64,000 nucleotides of DNA from NCBI GenBank assembly GCA_041687435.1, contig JAWLBX010000004.1, positions 52,341 through 116,340 on the forward strand, given 5' to 3'. The position numbers were made by a program, and so were the translations under genes. The notes under the pieces are model-generated. The model made no database searches. It saw nothing but the letters and a program-made list of their open reading frames with translations, and was not told the origin of the DNA. Each line of letters starts with the position of its first letter. Within the stretch, counting starts at the first letter, position 1. Of the stretch, positions 28,809 through 39,453 are shown piece after piece. Source of the DNA: Alphaproteobacteria bacterium (GTDB lineage: Bacteria; Pseudomonadota; Alphaproteobacteria; Bin95).

Positions 28809-29246
28809 CTATTTGTTCCGGAAATCGTCGTGGCAGGCCTTGCAGGCCGCGGCCAGCGCCTTGACCTCGTCAAAGCTTGCGTCGGCGCCGGCCATCGCCA
28901 TCGCCTTGCCGGCCTTTTCCATGTCCGCTAAGCCTTTTTCGAACTTGGCCCAGTCGTTCCAGACGTCGGCGGTTGCGGTGGTCTTCTCGCTGCCTTGGCC
29001 GTCCGTGTTCATTTTGAATGCGGGAACGGTGATGGCCATGCTGGTGGCTCCACCCATGAGCGCGGCGTGCTCGCCCAGCGCATCCTTGTTGTCGACCTCG
29101 CCTTTCAGGATGGCCACGATTGAGCCCATCTGCGAGCCGACCGCCTTCATTGCGTTCTTGCGGTATTTGATCGCCGCGTCCGCGTCGGCGAGTGCCGGGC
29201 CGGCGATGCAAACGGCCAGGGCGGCCGCAATCAGAGTGCGAAGCAT
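28809..29246 (-). CDS. Class II cytochrome c (c'/c556)
   Basis: Signal peptide; AIKYRKNAM; VWNDWAKF; C-terminal CKACH. Confidence 0.92.
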   Translation of the reverse strand: MLRTLIAAALAVCIAGPALADADAAIKYRKNAMKAVGSQMGSIVAILKGEVDNKDALGEHAALMGGATSMAITVPAFKMNTDGQGSEKTTATADVWNDWAKFEKGLADMEKAGKAMAMAGADASFDEVKALAAACKACHDDFRNK

Positions 29247-29327
29247 CTCTTATCTTCCTCCTTGTTCTGTCATGAAACGGTATGTTCCAGAACCTGAGAG
29301 ACGGTAACGGAGATTGCCGGAAGAGAA

Positions 29328-29358
29328 AGGCGCCATTCGTCGAAATGGCGCCTGTTTT
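29328..29358. terminator. Hairpin, putative terminator after gloA
   Basis: AGGCGCCATT-CGTCGA-AATGGCGCCT flanked by A and T runs. Confidence 0.6.
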
Positions 29359-29389
29359 CACGAGAATGTGACCCGATGGCCGGAATTGG

Positions 29390-29809
29390 CTATTTCCGCT
29401 CGACCAGTTCGATCAGGTAGCCATCGGGGTCTTTGATGAACGCGATGACGCTGCCGCCGTGTTTCATCGGGCCTGCGGGCCGCGGAATCTCGACGCCTTC
29501 CGCCGCCAGGACATCGCACGCGGCATAGACATCGGGAACGGCCAGGGCAAAGTGACCGAAGCCGTTGCCCAGGTCATAGGGTTGTTCCTGGCCCCAATTG
29601 TGGGTCAGCTCGATCACGGTGTTCGAGGTCTCGTCGCCGTAGCCGACAAAGGCCAGGGTGAACTCGCCGGAAGGGAAGTCCTTCTTGCGCAATTCCTTCA
29701 TGCCGAGCAGCCGGGTGTAGAAATCCATGGATTTCTCCAGATCCTTGACCCGGATCATCGTATGCAAAAAGCGGGCCTGGCCGGTGGTGAAGGGGTTCTG
29801 AGCGCTCAT
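29390..29809 (-). CDS. gloA: Lactoylglutathione lyase (glyoxalase I)
   Basis: FLHTMIRV, FTLAFVGYG, IELTHNW, GFGH, DPDGYLIEL. Confidence 0.95.
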   Translation of the reverse strand: MSAQNPFTTGQARFLHTMIRVKDLEKSMDFYTRLLGMKELRKKDFPSGEFTLAFVGYGDETSNTVIELTHNWGQEQPYDLGNGFGHFALAVPDVYAACDVLAAEGVEIPRPAGPMKHGGSVIAFIKDPDGYLIELVERK

Positions 29810-31005
29810 GCTGGGGCTCCTTTCGAGTGGGATGATTGTTTGGCGGCACGGCCGCGCATGGCTTCTTCTAGCACGATTTTGGCCGCTGACGCACTGGGCG
29901 TTACCGAGGCAGGGTGCAGGGCGGCGACAACTTCGGTGACCCCTTGCAATTGCCGGGCGCGAGCATCGGCATCGCGGTAAAGCGCCAGCGTCGCCGCCGC
30001 CAACCGGTCCGCTGTTGCCTGGTCCTGCAGCAGTTCGGGGACGAACGGCCGCTTTGCCAGCAGGTTTGGCAGGCTGGCGCTGCCGACATTCAAAAGACGC
30101 TTGCCGAGGAAAGCAGTCATCCTGTTCAGGCGGTAGGTAACCACCATCGGCACGCGCGCGAGCGCCAATTCCAACGTGATCGTACCGGAAGCGGCCAGCG
30201 CGGCGTCGGCGGCAGCGAGGGCATCGTGTTTGTCGGCCATGTGCTCGACTACCGCGGCCGGGACGTCCAGCCCCGAAAGCGCTTCGTTCAGCAATGGCGC
30301 GACCAATGGCACGGTCGGGCAGATCAGGTGCAAGCCGGGCAGGGCGGGGGCGAGGCGGCGGACAGTCTCGACCATGACCGGCAACAGACGCTTCACCTCG
30401 CCCCGTCGGCTGCCCGGCAGCAATGCCAGGGTCGGCGTATCGGCGGGGATGCCATGTTCGGCGCGGAACCGATGCCCGTCGCCAGGTGCGGCCTCGACTG
30501 CCGGATGGCCGACACAATCGGTTTGCAGGCCGAACTTCTCGAAATAGGGCGGTTCGAACGGAAACAGCGTCAGCAGCCGGTCAAACAGTTTTGCCATGCT
30601 TTCGGCCCTGCCCGGACGCCAGGCCCAGACCATCGGCGCTACGTAATGCACCCGCCGGGCCGGTATCCGCGCCTTGATCAGGCGCTTGGCCAGCCCTTTG
30701 TTGAAGCCGCTCGAATCGATGGTCAGAACGACATCCGGCTGGAACGTTTCAATCGCTGCGGCGGCTTCCTGCCAACGCCGGTTTAACCGGAATAGTTTCG
30801 GCAGGATTTCGAACAGACCCATGATGGCGAGGTCGTCATAGGGAAAGACCAGGTCCATGCCGGCCTCTGTCATCCCCGGACCGCCGATTCCACGCGCCTC
30901 CAAACCGGGCGCTTCCGCCCGGAGGGCTTGCAGAAGGCCAGCACCCAGCGCGTCGCCGGATGGCTCGCCTGCGACCAGGAAGATGCGGGGGTCAGCCAGC
31001 CGCAT
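29806..31005 (-). CDS. lpxB: Lipid A disaccharide synthase
   Basis: AGEPSGD, ID, YVAPMVWAWR, PFE, VGHP, LPGSRRGE, ASGT, ELLQ. Confidence 0.96.
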   Translation of the reverse strand: MRLADPRIFLVAGEPSGDALGAGLLQALRAEAPGLEARGIGGPGMTEAGMDLVFPYDDLAIMGLFEILPKLFRLNRRWQEAAAAIETFQPDVVLTIDSSGFNKGLAKRLIKARIPARRVHYVAPMVWAWRPGRAESMAKLFDRLLTLFPFEPPYFEKFGLQTDCVGHPAVEAAPGDGHRFRAEHGIPADTPTLALLPGSRRGEVKRLLPVMVETVRRLAPALPGLHLICPTVPLVAPLLNEALSGLDVPAAVVEHMADKHDALAAADAALAASGTITLELALARVPMVVTYRLNRMTAFLGKRLLNVGSASLPNLLAKRPFVPELLQDQATADRLAAATLALYRDADARARQLQGVTEVVAALHPASVTPSASAAKIVLEEAMRGRAAKQSSHSKGAPA

Positions 31006-31867
31006 CGTTTGTCCCCGCAACCTCTTGTAACACCCGGGCCGGGTTGATGCCATAGACGAACAAGCCGGCCGCGTCCGCGGCCGCAATTAGCGCTGCGCGA
31101 TCCAGTGCAAGTGCGCCGCCTGCCTCCACAGCGAGGCCGCGCAAGCCAGCCTTGACGGCTAGGGTGATCGTCTCGGGACCGATGGTTGGCAGGTCAATGC
31201 GCCGCTCCTGCTCCGGCTTGGCCAGCTTCACCAGCACGCCGCCCGGCCCATCGCGCCGCAGGTCTGCAGCGCGGGCGAGCATGGCGTCGGTGCCTTCAAC
31301 TGCTTCCACCGCCAGGACGATGCCTTGTTGCACGACGCAGCCTTGGCCGACATCGACCGCGCCCAGCGCCTGCACCACCGCCACGCCGCGGCGGATATCA
31401 CGCCACGCTGCGGAATCGGGCCGCGCCTTGGTGAGTGCGCCGGGGGGCATGCGGCCGTCGTCCCAGACCTGATCCGCGCCGATCACCCGGAACCCTTCCG
31501 CCTCAAATTCGGCGACGACGGCGGACAAAAGCGAGTCATCTCCCATCGCCCGCCAGCCGACTTTGGCGAGGAAGGTTGCCGCGCGTCGGTCGGGGCGCAG
31601 ACCCAACAGGGAGGGGCGCTTGACCGCGCCGGCGAACACCAACTCCTCCACACCCGCATTGCGCAAGTGCTTCAGCGCTGCGGCGCCATCCGCCAAGCGT
31701 ACCCAGGCATGGGGATAGCGTGCGACCATGGCGGGGTCGGCCTGTCCGGTGAGGGCCAGCATGAACACGTCGCGGCCCTGCTCTCGCGCCTGTTCCGCCA
31801 CCTGCGCGGGCAGGGCGCCGCGGCCGGCTACAATGCCGAGCGGCTTGGCGGATGGCTTAGCCGGCAT
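30992..31867 (-). CDS. lpxI: UDP-2,3-diacylglucosamine diphosphatase LpxI
   Basis: GIVAGRGALP, GDDSLL, DVGQ, AVEAVEGTDAML, QERRIDLPTIG; lies between lpxA and lpxB. Confidence 0.93.
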   Translation of the reverse strand: MPAKPSAKPLGIVAGRGALPAQVAEQAREQGRDVFMLALTGQADPAMVARYPHAWVRLADGAAALKHLRNAGVEELVFAGAVKRPSLLGLRPDRRAATFLAKVGWRAMGDDSLLSAVVAEFEAEGFRVIGADQVWDDGRMPPGALTKARPDSAAWRDIRRGVAVVQALGAVDVGQGCVVQQGIVLAVEAVEGTDAMLARAADLRRDGPGGVLVKLAKPEQERRIDLPTIGPETITLAVKAGLRGLAVEAGGALALDRAALIAAADAAGLFVYGINPARVLQEVAGTNDAAG

Positions 31868-32657
31868 GCTCCGGCTTGGGCTTCAGCAGGCCGCGGTCGG
31901 AGGATTGGCGGGCGAATTCCACCATGCCGCGGACGGTCTCGTTCGTGGCCAGCGTGTTTTCCACTTCCGCCAGCCGCTCCGCCATGGTGTCATGGTCGGC
32001 AAAGAGCAGGCGGTAGGCATCCCGAAGCGCCTTGATCTCATCCTGTGCAAAGCCGCGCCGGCGCAAGCCGACCAGATTGAGCCCGGAGAGCGAGGCGTGG
32101 GCGCCGGCTACCATGCCATAGGGGATGACGTCATTCACGATGCCGGACATGCCGCCAATCATGGCGTGGGCACCGATGCGCACGAACTGATGCACCGCCG
32201 CCAGTCCGCCGATGATGGCGAAATCGCCAACCTCGACATGCCCCGCCAGGGTGGCGTTGTTCGCCATGATGACATTGTTGCCGACCTTGCAGTCATGCGC
32301 GACGTGTGAACTGGCCATGAACAGGCAATTGTCGCCCACCTGGGTCAGCATGCCGCCGCCCTCGGTACCGGGGTTCATGGTGACGTGTTCGCGGATGCGG
32401 CAGTTGCGGCCGATCACCAGCCGCGACGCCTCGCCATTGTATTTCAGGTCCTGCGGCGGGTGGCCGATGGAGGCGAATGGGTAAATCTCGGACCCGTCGC
32501 CAATGCTGGTCTGCCCCTCAACCACAGCATGGCTGTGCAGTTTGACCTGCTCGCCGAGTTCAACATGCGGGCCGACGATGCAAAACGGGCCGATGTGAAC
32601 GGTCTCGGCCACCACCGCCTGGGGGTCGACAATCGCGGTGGGATGAATAAAGGGCAT
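31857..32657 (-). CDS. lpxA: UDP-GlcNAc O-acyltransferase
   Basis: IHPTA, PQDLKY, HVAHDC, VHQF, GLNLVGLRRRG. Confidence 0.97.
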   Translation of the reverse strand: MPFIHPTAIVDPQAVVAETVHIGPFCIVGPHVELGEQVKLHSHAVVEGQTSIGDGSEIYPFASIGHPPQDLKYNGEASRLVIGRNCRIREHVTMNPGTEGGGMLTQVGDNCLFMASSHVAHDCKVGNNVIMANNATLAGHVEVGDFAIIGGLAAVHQFVRIGAHAMIGGMSGIVNDVIPYGMVAGAHASLSGLNLVGLRRRGFAQDEIKALRDAYRLLFADHDTMAERLAEVENTLATNETVRGMVEFARQSSDRGLLKPKPEHAG

Positions 32658-33137
32658 TTATCGGTCCACAATCATTGCGCTGAAGTTTGCTTCGGCGGCT
32701 ATCTTGCCGTCGAGTATGCAGCGTCCCTTGAACTTCCACACATTGCCGCGATTCCGTTCCTTTTCCACCGCAATTCGCAATTGGTCGCCGGGGGTCACCG
32801 GCTTGCGGAAGCGGGCATTGTCCACTGTCATGAAATAGACGAGCTTGCCCTCGGCGGATTTGCCCATGGTCGCAACCACAAGCGCGGCGGCAGTCTGCGC
32901 CATGGCTTCGATCAGCAACACGCCAGGCATGACCGGATGGCCGGGAAAATGGCCCTGGAATTGCGGCTCGTTGAAGGTGACGTTCTTGATTGCCACCGCG
33001 CTCTCGTCGAGATTGATCTCGATTAGCCGGTCGATCAGCAGCAGCGGATAGCGGTGGGGCAGCATCTCCAGGATGCGCTCGATCGGCACAGGCAGGGCCG
33101 GCTGTTCGATTGCCTGGCCGCTCGTCGCGTTGGTCAT
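32658..33137 (-). CDS. fabZ: 3-hydroxyacyl-ACP dehydratase
   Basis: [34 protein letters not shown]. Confidence 0.97.
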   Translation of the reverse strand: MTNATSGQAIEQPALPVPIERILEMLPHRYPLLLIDRLIEINLDESAVAIKNVTFNEPQFQGHFPGHPVMPGVLLIEAMAQTAAALVVATMGKSAEGKLVYFMTVDNARFRKPVTPGDQLRIAVEKERNRGNVWKFKGRCILDGKIAAEANFSAMIVDR

Positions 33138-33184
33138 GGTCGTCCTGGTCCTGAAATTCGGCGGGCACCCGGGGCGCCCTGCCG

Positions 33185-35503
33185 CTAGAAGCGGGTTCCG
33201 AAGCTGAAGTGGAACGCTTGAGTCTCATCGTAGGTTTCTTTGAGGACCGGAAGTCCCAAGTCAACCCGGATCGGCCCGAACGGCGAATCCCAGGATGCGC
33301 CGACGCCGACCGTTGCGCGGATGCTGTTGTCGTCAGCCACTCCCGGCAGATTGTCCCGGTCCAGGCCAAACACGGTACCGGCTTCCGCAAAAACACGGCC
33401 TTTGAGCGCAAACTCGTTGGGGAGCGGCAGGGGGAACGATAGCTCCACGGTGCCGACGCCAAAGATGTTACCGCCAAGGGCATCTTCCGTCGCCAGATCG
33501 CGCGGGCCGATACCGGCCGTGGCAAAACCGCGGAAGTTATCGCCACCCAGGTTGAAACGCTCGTTCACATCGACATCCTTGCCGATGCCGACGATATGAC
33601 CGGCTTGCCCCAGCACGGACACGACGTAGTCCGGGGCAACGCTGTAATAGACGCCGGCGCTGATGCGGTTGCGCAGATACCGCTTACTGCCGCCCAATCC
33701 GGCGATTTCGTTCGTCGTGCTGATGACGTAGCCTTCATTCGGGCTGAAGCGGTTGTCGCGATTGTCGAATGTCAGCGTATGGGCGATTGCCGATGTTGTT
33801 GATTTTCCGGCATCGTCCTTGATGAACTGCGATGCGTCGACTGCCGGCCGCACATCATCCGTGCGCAGCGTGTAGGACCAGCTTTGCGCCAAATATTCGG
33901 AGAAGCTGTAGCCGAAGCGCAGCCGCCCGCCTGTGGTATCCCGTTCGAACGAGCTTTCGTCTGTATTGTCCTCTTCCACCCGGAAGATGTCGAAGCCGGC
34001 TCTCAGCTCACGATCCAGGAAATAGGGTTCCGTAAAGCCCAGGTCGATCTGCTGGCGACGGCCCGATACCTGCACCCGCACCCGCAGATCCTGCCCCTTG
34101 CCCAGCAGGTTGCGCTCGCGGATCCCCACGTCGGCCAGCGGGCCGTCGCTGGTGGAGAAGCCTGCGCCGAACGAAACCTCGCCCGTCGATTGCTCCACGA
34201 CTTCCACATCCAGATTCAGACGGTCGGGCTGGGTGCTGGGTTTGGTTTGGACGTCGACCGTTTCAAAGAAGCCCAGATTGTTGATGCGTTCGCGCGAGCG
34301 GCGCACCTTTGATGCGTTGTAGGCATCGCCCTCGGCCAGACGGAATTCGCGGCGGATTACACGATCCTGGGTGCGAATGTTGCCATTGATATTGATTCGG
34401 TCGACGTAGACGCGGGGGCCCTCGCCAATCGAATAAGTGACATCCAGCAAAAGATTCTCGCGGTCCCGCCTCACGCTGGGCCGGACATCGACGAAAGCAA
34501 AGCCCCGCTCGCCAAGGCGATCGGAAATAATATCCACGTCATCGTCGACCACGGATGCATCGTACCAGTCGCCGGGCTCGACGGTGAGGTCCGGCAGCAC
34601 GCTTTCCGCTGTTACCTCCGGCAGTTTGCTTTCGATGTCGATCTTGCCGAACTTGTAACGCTCGCCTTCGTCCACGGTAAAGGTGATGACGAATCCCGTC
34701 CGCTCGGGGGTCAATTCCGGAACAGCCGACAGAATGCGGAAATCCGCGTAGCCTTCCCGCAGGTAAAACCGGCGGAGCTGTTCCTGATCGACGTTGATAC
34801 GGTCCGGGTCGTACACGTCGGCGCTGGTGTAGAAGCGCCACCAGGCGGTTTCCGTCGTCAAAATCTCACCACGGAGGCGCGAGTCGCTAAAGTGTTTGTT
34901 GCCGATGAACACAATGCGGTCGACGCTGGTAATCTGTCCCTCGTCGATTTCGAACACCAAATCGACCCGGTTCTGGTCGAGGCGAATGATCTTCGGCTCC
35001 ACGGTCGCGCCGAACCGGCCGCTGCGGCGGTAGACATCGATCAGGCGCTGGACATCCGCCTGAACCTTGGCCCGGGTATAGATCGACCGGCCGCGCAACT
35101 GCACCTCTGCCTGAAGGGCATCGTCTTCCAGACGTTTGTTTCCCTCAAACGCAACCCGATTGATGATCGGGTTTTCCTTCACACGCACGATCAGGATGTT
35201 GCCGGTCTGTGATTGCAACAATTCGACCGTCGCAAAGAAGCCCGTGGCGAACAGTTTTTTCAGGGAGGCGTTGATTTCTTTCGGGTCGAAGGGGTCGCCC
35301 TCTTGAACGGTCAGGTAGTTGATGACCGTCCCGCGGTCCACCCGCTCGTTACCCTCCACCTGAATGGCGGCAATCGTCCCTGGGGTGGCAGCTCTCGTCT
35401 GTGCCGACGCACTCGCTACCAGCCCCTGGGGGAGAGCCAGCAGTATCATCGCAATTGCCAGCCAGCGCGTCGCGGTGGCGGCTGCTTCCCTGCATTTATC
35501 CAT
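33185..35503 (-). CDS. bamA: Outer membrane protein assembly factor BamA
   Basis: POTRA repeats, FRGF barrel motif, C-terminal FSFGTRF. Confidence 0.97.
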   Translation of the reverse strand: MDKCREAAATATRWLAIAMILLALPQGLVASASAQTRAATPGTIAAIQVEGNERVDRGTVINYLTVQEGDPFDPKEINASLKKLFATGFFATVELLQSQTGNILIVRVKENPIINRVAFEGNKRLEDDALQAEVQLRGRSIYTRAKVQADVQRLIDVYRRSGRFGATVEPKIIRLDQNRVDLVFEIDEGQITSVDRIVFIGNKHFSDSRLRGEILTTETAWWRFYTSADVYDPDRINVDQEQLRRFYLREGYADFRILSAVPELTPERTGFVITFTVDEGERYKFGKIDIESKLPEVTAESVLPDLTVEPGDWYDASVVDDDVDIISDRLGERGFAFVDVRPSVRRDRENLLLDVTYSIGEGPRVYVDRININGNIRTQDRVIRREFRLAEGDAYNASKVRRSRERINNLGFFETVDVQTKPSTQPDRLNLDVEVVEQSTGEVSFGAGFSTSDGPLADVGIRERNLLGKGQDLRVRVQVSGRRQQIDLGFTEPYFLDRELRAGFDIFRVEEDNTDESSFERDTTGGRLRFGYSFSEYLAQSWSYTLRTDDVRPAVDASQFIKDDAGKSTTSAIAHTLTFDNRDNRFSPNEGYVISTTNEIAGLGGSKRYLRNRISAGVYYSVAPDYVVSVLGQAGHIVGIGKDVDVNERFNLGGDNFRGFATAGIGPRDLATEDALGGNIFGVGTVELSFPLPLPNEFALKGRVFAEAGTVFGLDRDNLPGVADDNSIRATVGVGASWDSPFGPIRVDLGLPVLKETYDETQAFHFSFGTRF

Positions 35504-35515
35504 TGGCTTCCGTCA

Positions 35516-36634
35516 TTATATGTTCAGCAGATCCAACACACGGAAATAGACCAGATCGTTCCAGGAGGCAAAGACCATCAACGCGATGACCATGCCAAAC
35601 CCGATCCGAAGGCCCGCATCCCGCACCCGTTCCGGCAATGGTTTACCGCGAAGCGCTTCAATTGCGAAGAACAACAAATGACCGCCGTCGAGCATCGGCA
35701 CCGGCAACAGATTGATCAGCGCCAAGTTCAGTGACAACAAAACCATAAAATGGAGTATGGCAATAGAGCCAATTTGTGTAACTTCGCCCGACATATGCGC
35801 AATGCGGGCAACGCCACCAATTTCATTTGCAGGTCGGGCGCCGGAAACGATTTGCCAAACAACATCAACAATCGTTCCAGTCAACACCCAGGACTGATGG
35901 GTTGCTTCGACAATCGCTGAAAAAGGGTCGTGGCGGACACTTTCATAGCCGGTGCGGGCGACGCCAATGCGGCCAAAGGCCTGTGGATTACCGAAGCTAT
36001 CCGGCTGTTCGATTCGTTCAGGGGTCAGCGGAATTCGCACGATGCGGCCATCGCGGTCGATTTCGGCCAGCATCTCCTCGCCCGGGCGCAGCGAGACGAT
36101 GCGTTGAAGATCTTCGAACCGTTGAACGCCCTGGCCATCCAGCGAAACGAACCGGTCGCCCGGCTGTAAGCCGGCTGTGGCGGCGGGGGTGTCCGGGAGA
36201 ACCTCCCCGACCACGGCAGGGGTGTAGGATTGGCCGACCGTCATGAACATGATCGCCATCACAACGATAGCAAAGAGGATGTTTGCTGCCGGCCCGGCGG
36301 CTACGATCGCCATCCGGTTAAGCACAGGCTGGCTGGGGAATGCGGTTGCGCGCTCCGCTTCGGTCATCCGTGCCACGGCCTGATCATCCGGACTGGAGGC
36401 CTCGTCACCGTCGCCGCGCATGCGCACATAGCCGCCGAGCGGCAGGATGGCGACCCGCCAACGGGTACCGCGCCGGTCGTGCCAGCCGAACAGCTCACGC
36501 CCGAAGCCGATGGAGAATGTTTCCACGAACACGCCGCAGCGGCGCGCCACCCAAAAGTGCCCGTATTCGTGCACGAAAACCAGCACGGATAGGATCATGA
36601 TGAAGGGGATTAGGTAATCGACAAAGATCGACAA
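35516..36634 (-). CDS. rseP: Site-2 metalloprotease RseP
   Basis: HEYGH, GFG, PLGGYV, AGPAAN, PDZ domain, NLLPVPMLDGG. Confidence 0.96.
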   Translation of the reverse strand: MSIFVDYLIPFIMILSVLVFVHEYGHFWVARRCGVFVETFSIGFGRELFGWHDRRGTRWRVAILPLGGYVRMRGDGDEASSPDDQAVARMTEAERATAFPSQPVLNRMAIVAAGPAANILFAIVVMAIMFMTVGQSYTPAVVGEVLPDTPAATAGLQPGDRFVSLDGQGVQRFEDLQRIVSLRPGEEMLAEIDRDGRIVRIPLTPERIEQPDSFGNPQAFGRIGVARTGYESVRHDPFSAIVEATHQSWVLTGTIVDVVWQIVSGARPANEIGGVARIAHMSGEVTQIGSIAILHFMVLLSLNLALINLLPVPMLDGGHLLFFAIEALRGKPLPERVRDAGLRIGFGMVIALMVFASWNDLVYFRVLDLLNI

Positions 36635-36658
36635 AATCCTGCCTCCCTGGCGCGGATG

Positions 36659-37852
36659 TTACTGTGCGGCACGCGCAGGGAGGGTGACCTTCCGGCGCTG
36701 GTGAATGGCCTCTTGAGCGATGCCCCTGGCGGCGCGGTCCGCCTCCCAGACTGCCCCAAGGCTGTCCAGCTCCGCGGCCGGTATCCGATCTAGGCAAATG
36801 GCAACGATCGCTGCGATATCAAGGAAGCCAATCTCTCCGGCCAGGAAGGCGTGGACCGCGGCCTCGTTTGCGGCATTGAGAACAGCGGGCGCGGTGCCAC
36901 CGGCCCGCATCGCCTCCCGCGCGAGACGCAGGGCGGGGAAACGTGTTTCGTCGGGCGCCTCGAAGGTCAGGTCGCCCATCCGGGTCAGGTCAAGATGCTC
37001 GACCGCGCAATCGGCCCGTTCCGGCCAGTACAGCGTGACTGCAACGGGAGTGCGCATGTCCGGCAGCCCCAATTGTGCGAGGACGGAGCCGTCGCGATAA
37101 CTGACCAGGCTGTGAACGATGGACTGGGGGTGGACGACCACATCGATCCGGTCTTCAGGCATGGCGAACAGGTGCCCGGCCTCGATCAACTCCAAGCCCT
37201 TGTTGAACATGGTGGCGGAATCGATGGTGATCTTCGCGCCCATGTCCCAGTTGGGATGACGCAGGGCCTGAGTCGGTGTCGCTGCAGCCATATCCGCTTC
37301 GGTCCATGTGCGGAACGGGCCGCCCGAAGCGGTTAGGATGATGCGGGCAACTCCTTCCGGTCGCTGGCGGTCGAACACCTGAAAGATCGCGTTGTGCTCG
37401 CTATCGACTGGTAGCAGCCGCCCGCCCGCGGCCTTGGCAGCGGCGGTCAGCAGGTGGCCCGCGCACACCAGGCTTTCCTTGTTGGCCAACGCCACGGTTG
37501 CGCCGCGCCGGGCAGCGGCAAGAGTAGGGCGCAGGCCGGCAGCGCCGACAATGGCCGCCATCACCCAATCGGCGGGCCGCTCTGCCGCGGTCAGTACTGC
37601 GGCATCGCCGTTAGCCACTTCCGTGCCGGAACCGGCGAGGCCCTCGCGCACCTGTTCGGCAGCGCCGGCGTCGGTCATGGCGATGAACGCAGGTTTCAGC
37701 TTGCTGGCGAGACGGATCATCTGCGCCGCGTTACGATTGCCGGTTAGCGCCTCCACCTGAAAACGCTCGGGTGCCTCCGCCAGCAACGCGCAGGTGGTTC
37801 GGCCCACCGATCCGGTGGCGCCCAGGACGGTGACAGTGCGCTTCGTACTCAT
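36659..37852 (-). CDS. dxr: 1-deoxy-D-xylulose-5-phosphate reductoisomerase
   Basis: LGATGSVG, ANKES, PVDSEH, HPNWDMGAKITIDSATMFNKGLE. Confidence 0.97.
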   Translation of the reverse strand: MSTKRTVTVLGATGSVGRTTCALLAEAPERFQVEALTGNRNAAQMIRLASKLKPAFIAMTDAGAAEQVREGLAGSGTEVANGDAAVLTAAERPADWVMAAIVGAAGLRPTLAAARRGATVALANKESLVCAGHLLTAAAKAAGGRLLPVDSEHNAIFQVFDRQRPEGVARIILTASGGPFRTWTEADMAAATPTQALRHPNWDMGAKITIDSATMFNKGLELIEAGHLFAMPEDRIDVVVHPQSIVHSLVSYRDGSVLAQLGLPDMRTPVAVTLYWPERADCAVEHLDLTRMGDLTFEAPDETRFPALRLAREAMRAGGTAPAVLNAANEAAVHAFLAGEIGFLDIAAIVAICLDRIPAAELDSLGAVWEADRAARGIAQEAIHQRRKVTLPARAAQ

Positions 37853-38670
37853 AGCCATTGCCACCCGGCCAGATAGAGAAGGGCTGTCACCGGCGCCGCA
37901 GCTAGCAGGCTATCGAGCCGGTCCATCACGCCGCCATGGCCTGGAATGAGACCGCCCGAATCTTTCACCTTGAAGGTGCGCTTCAAATGCGATTCGAACA
38001 GATCGCCGAGGCCACTGGCAATGCCGATGATGAGCCCGGCTGCCGCTGCCGGAAAGAATGCGCTGCCGGTCAGCGTCATCGCCGCCAGTCCGCCAATCAG
38101 AAATGCTGCCGTCAACCCGCCGATCAAGCCAGCCCAGGTTTTGGAAGGACTGATGCGTGGCGCCAGCAACGGGCCGCCTATGGACCGGCCCACGGCGTAG
38201 GCGCCGGTATCTGTGACCCATACCGCCAGCATCAGCCAGAAGATCAGCGCCATGCCGCCTGGCTCCAGCGTTCGCAGCCACAACAGTCCTAGTCCGGCTG
38301 GCAGAATGGCTGCCACGCCCAACGCCAGCCATCCGGCCCGCTGCGCGCCGTGAGATTTGACGTGCGTGATGAGCAAGGCGGCAGCGAGGCCAGCGCCGGC
38401 CATGCCTGCCGCCTGAAACCATTCGGTAGCAGCTGCCGCGAATATTAGCAGCACGAGACCTGTCGGCAATGCCCAGCCGGTTGGCCCGCCGTTCAGGACA
38501 CGGCAGAGCCTAGCCCATTCCCATCCCAGCAGCCCGGCAAAGGCGGCGATCATGACGGCAAAGGGCCACCCGCCGGCCCAAGTCAGACCAAGACCCAGAG
38601 GCCCGAGGACAATCGCCGCCGCCACTCGCCGGCTCAGGCGGTCGTTTTGCGAGGGGGAGGCGAGGCTCAT
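37849..38670 (-). CDS. cdsA: Phosphatidate cytidylyltransferase
   Basis: ISPSKTWAG, GDLFESHLKR, KDSG, PGHGGVMDRLDS. Confidence 0.95.
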   Translation of the reverse strand: MSLASPSQNDRLSRRVAAAIVLGPLGLGLTWAGGWPFAVMIAAFAGLLGWEWARLCRVLNGGPTGWALPTGLVLLIFAAAATEWFQAAGMAGAGLAAALLITHVKSHGAQRAGWLALGVAAILPAGLGLLWLRTLEPGGMALIFWLMLAVWVTDTGAYAVGRSIGGPLLAPRISPSKTWAGLIGGLTAAFLIGGLAAMTLTGSAFFPAAAAGLIIGIASGLGDLFESHLKRTFKVKDSGGLIPGHGGVMDRLDSLLAAAPVTALLYLAGWQWL

Positions 38671-38674
38671 CCCG

Positions 38675-39415
38675 TCACCCAACGTGCCGCCCGCCATACC
38701 GGCGCTCCCGCGTTCCGTACTGCGCCAACGCCGCTTCGAGTGCAGCGCGGTCGAAGTCCGGCCAAAGGGTATCGGTAAAGACGAACTCCGCGTAGGCAGC
38801 CTGCCAAAGCAGGAAATTGCTGACCCTCTGCTCGCCGCTGGTGCGGATGACCAGATCCGGGTCTGGAATGTCGTGGGTGTAGAGGTAGGTGGACACGGTC
38901 TCCGGCGTGATCGCCTCCGGGACGATTTTGCCAGCCGCTGCATCCCGGGCCATCTGCTGCGCTGCGCGGGTGATTTCGTCCCGGCTGCCATAACTGAGCG
39001 CAATCACCACGGTCATTTGCCGGTTCCGCGCCGTCTTGGCCTCCATGGCTTCAACTGTTTGGCGCACATCCTCGGGCAGCCGCTCGCGGTCGCCGATCAC
39101 TCGAAGGCGGATACCTCGGCTATCCATATCGCTTGCCTCGCGCTGCATCGTGTAGCGCAGCAGGCCCATCAAATCCTCGACCTCGTCCATGGGACGGTGC
39201 CAATTCTCTGACGAAAAGCTGTAAAGGGTGATGTATTCGATGCCGAGCTCCGCCGCGGCCAGCACCGTATCCTTGGCAGCCTGCGCGCCGCGGCGGTGGC
39301 CGGCGGTACGGGGCAGGTGGCGGCGGGCCGCCCACCGACCATTGCCATCCATGATGATGGCGATATGGCGGGGCAGGGCGCTGCGGGCGATAGAAACAGG
39401 TGCGGTTTGTGCCAT
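38675..39415 (-). CDS. uppS: Undecaprenyl diphosphate synthase
   Basis: HIAIIMDGNGRWA, FSSENW, RTSGEQRVSNFLLWQ, RERRYGG. Confidence 0.97.
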   Translation of the reverse strand: MAQTAPVSIARSALPRHIAIIMDGNGRWAARRHLPRTAGHRRGAQAAKDTVLAAAELGIEYITLYSFSSENWHRPMDEVEDLMGLLRYTMQREASDMDSRGIRLRVIGDRERLPEDVRQTVEAMEAKTARNRQMTVVIALSYGSRDEITRAAQQMARDAAAGKIVPEAITPETVSTYLYTHDIPDPDLVIRTSGEQRVSNFLLWQAAYAEFVFTDTLWPDFDRAALEAALAQYGTRERRYGGRHVG

Positions 39416-39453
39416 GATTGTTTGACAAACGGCGCCGGGGCAGCCGGCCGGCC

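Noticed and set aside
29390-30517. Long N-terminal extensions on gloA (likewise petC, the MBL hydrolase, cdsA, lipB and the SDR)
   Set aside because: The extensions overlap neighbouring genes or a tRNA in other frames; internal ATGs give family-typical lengths.
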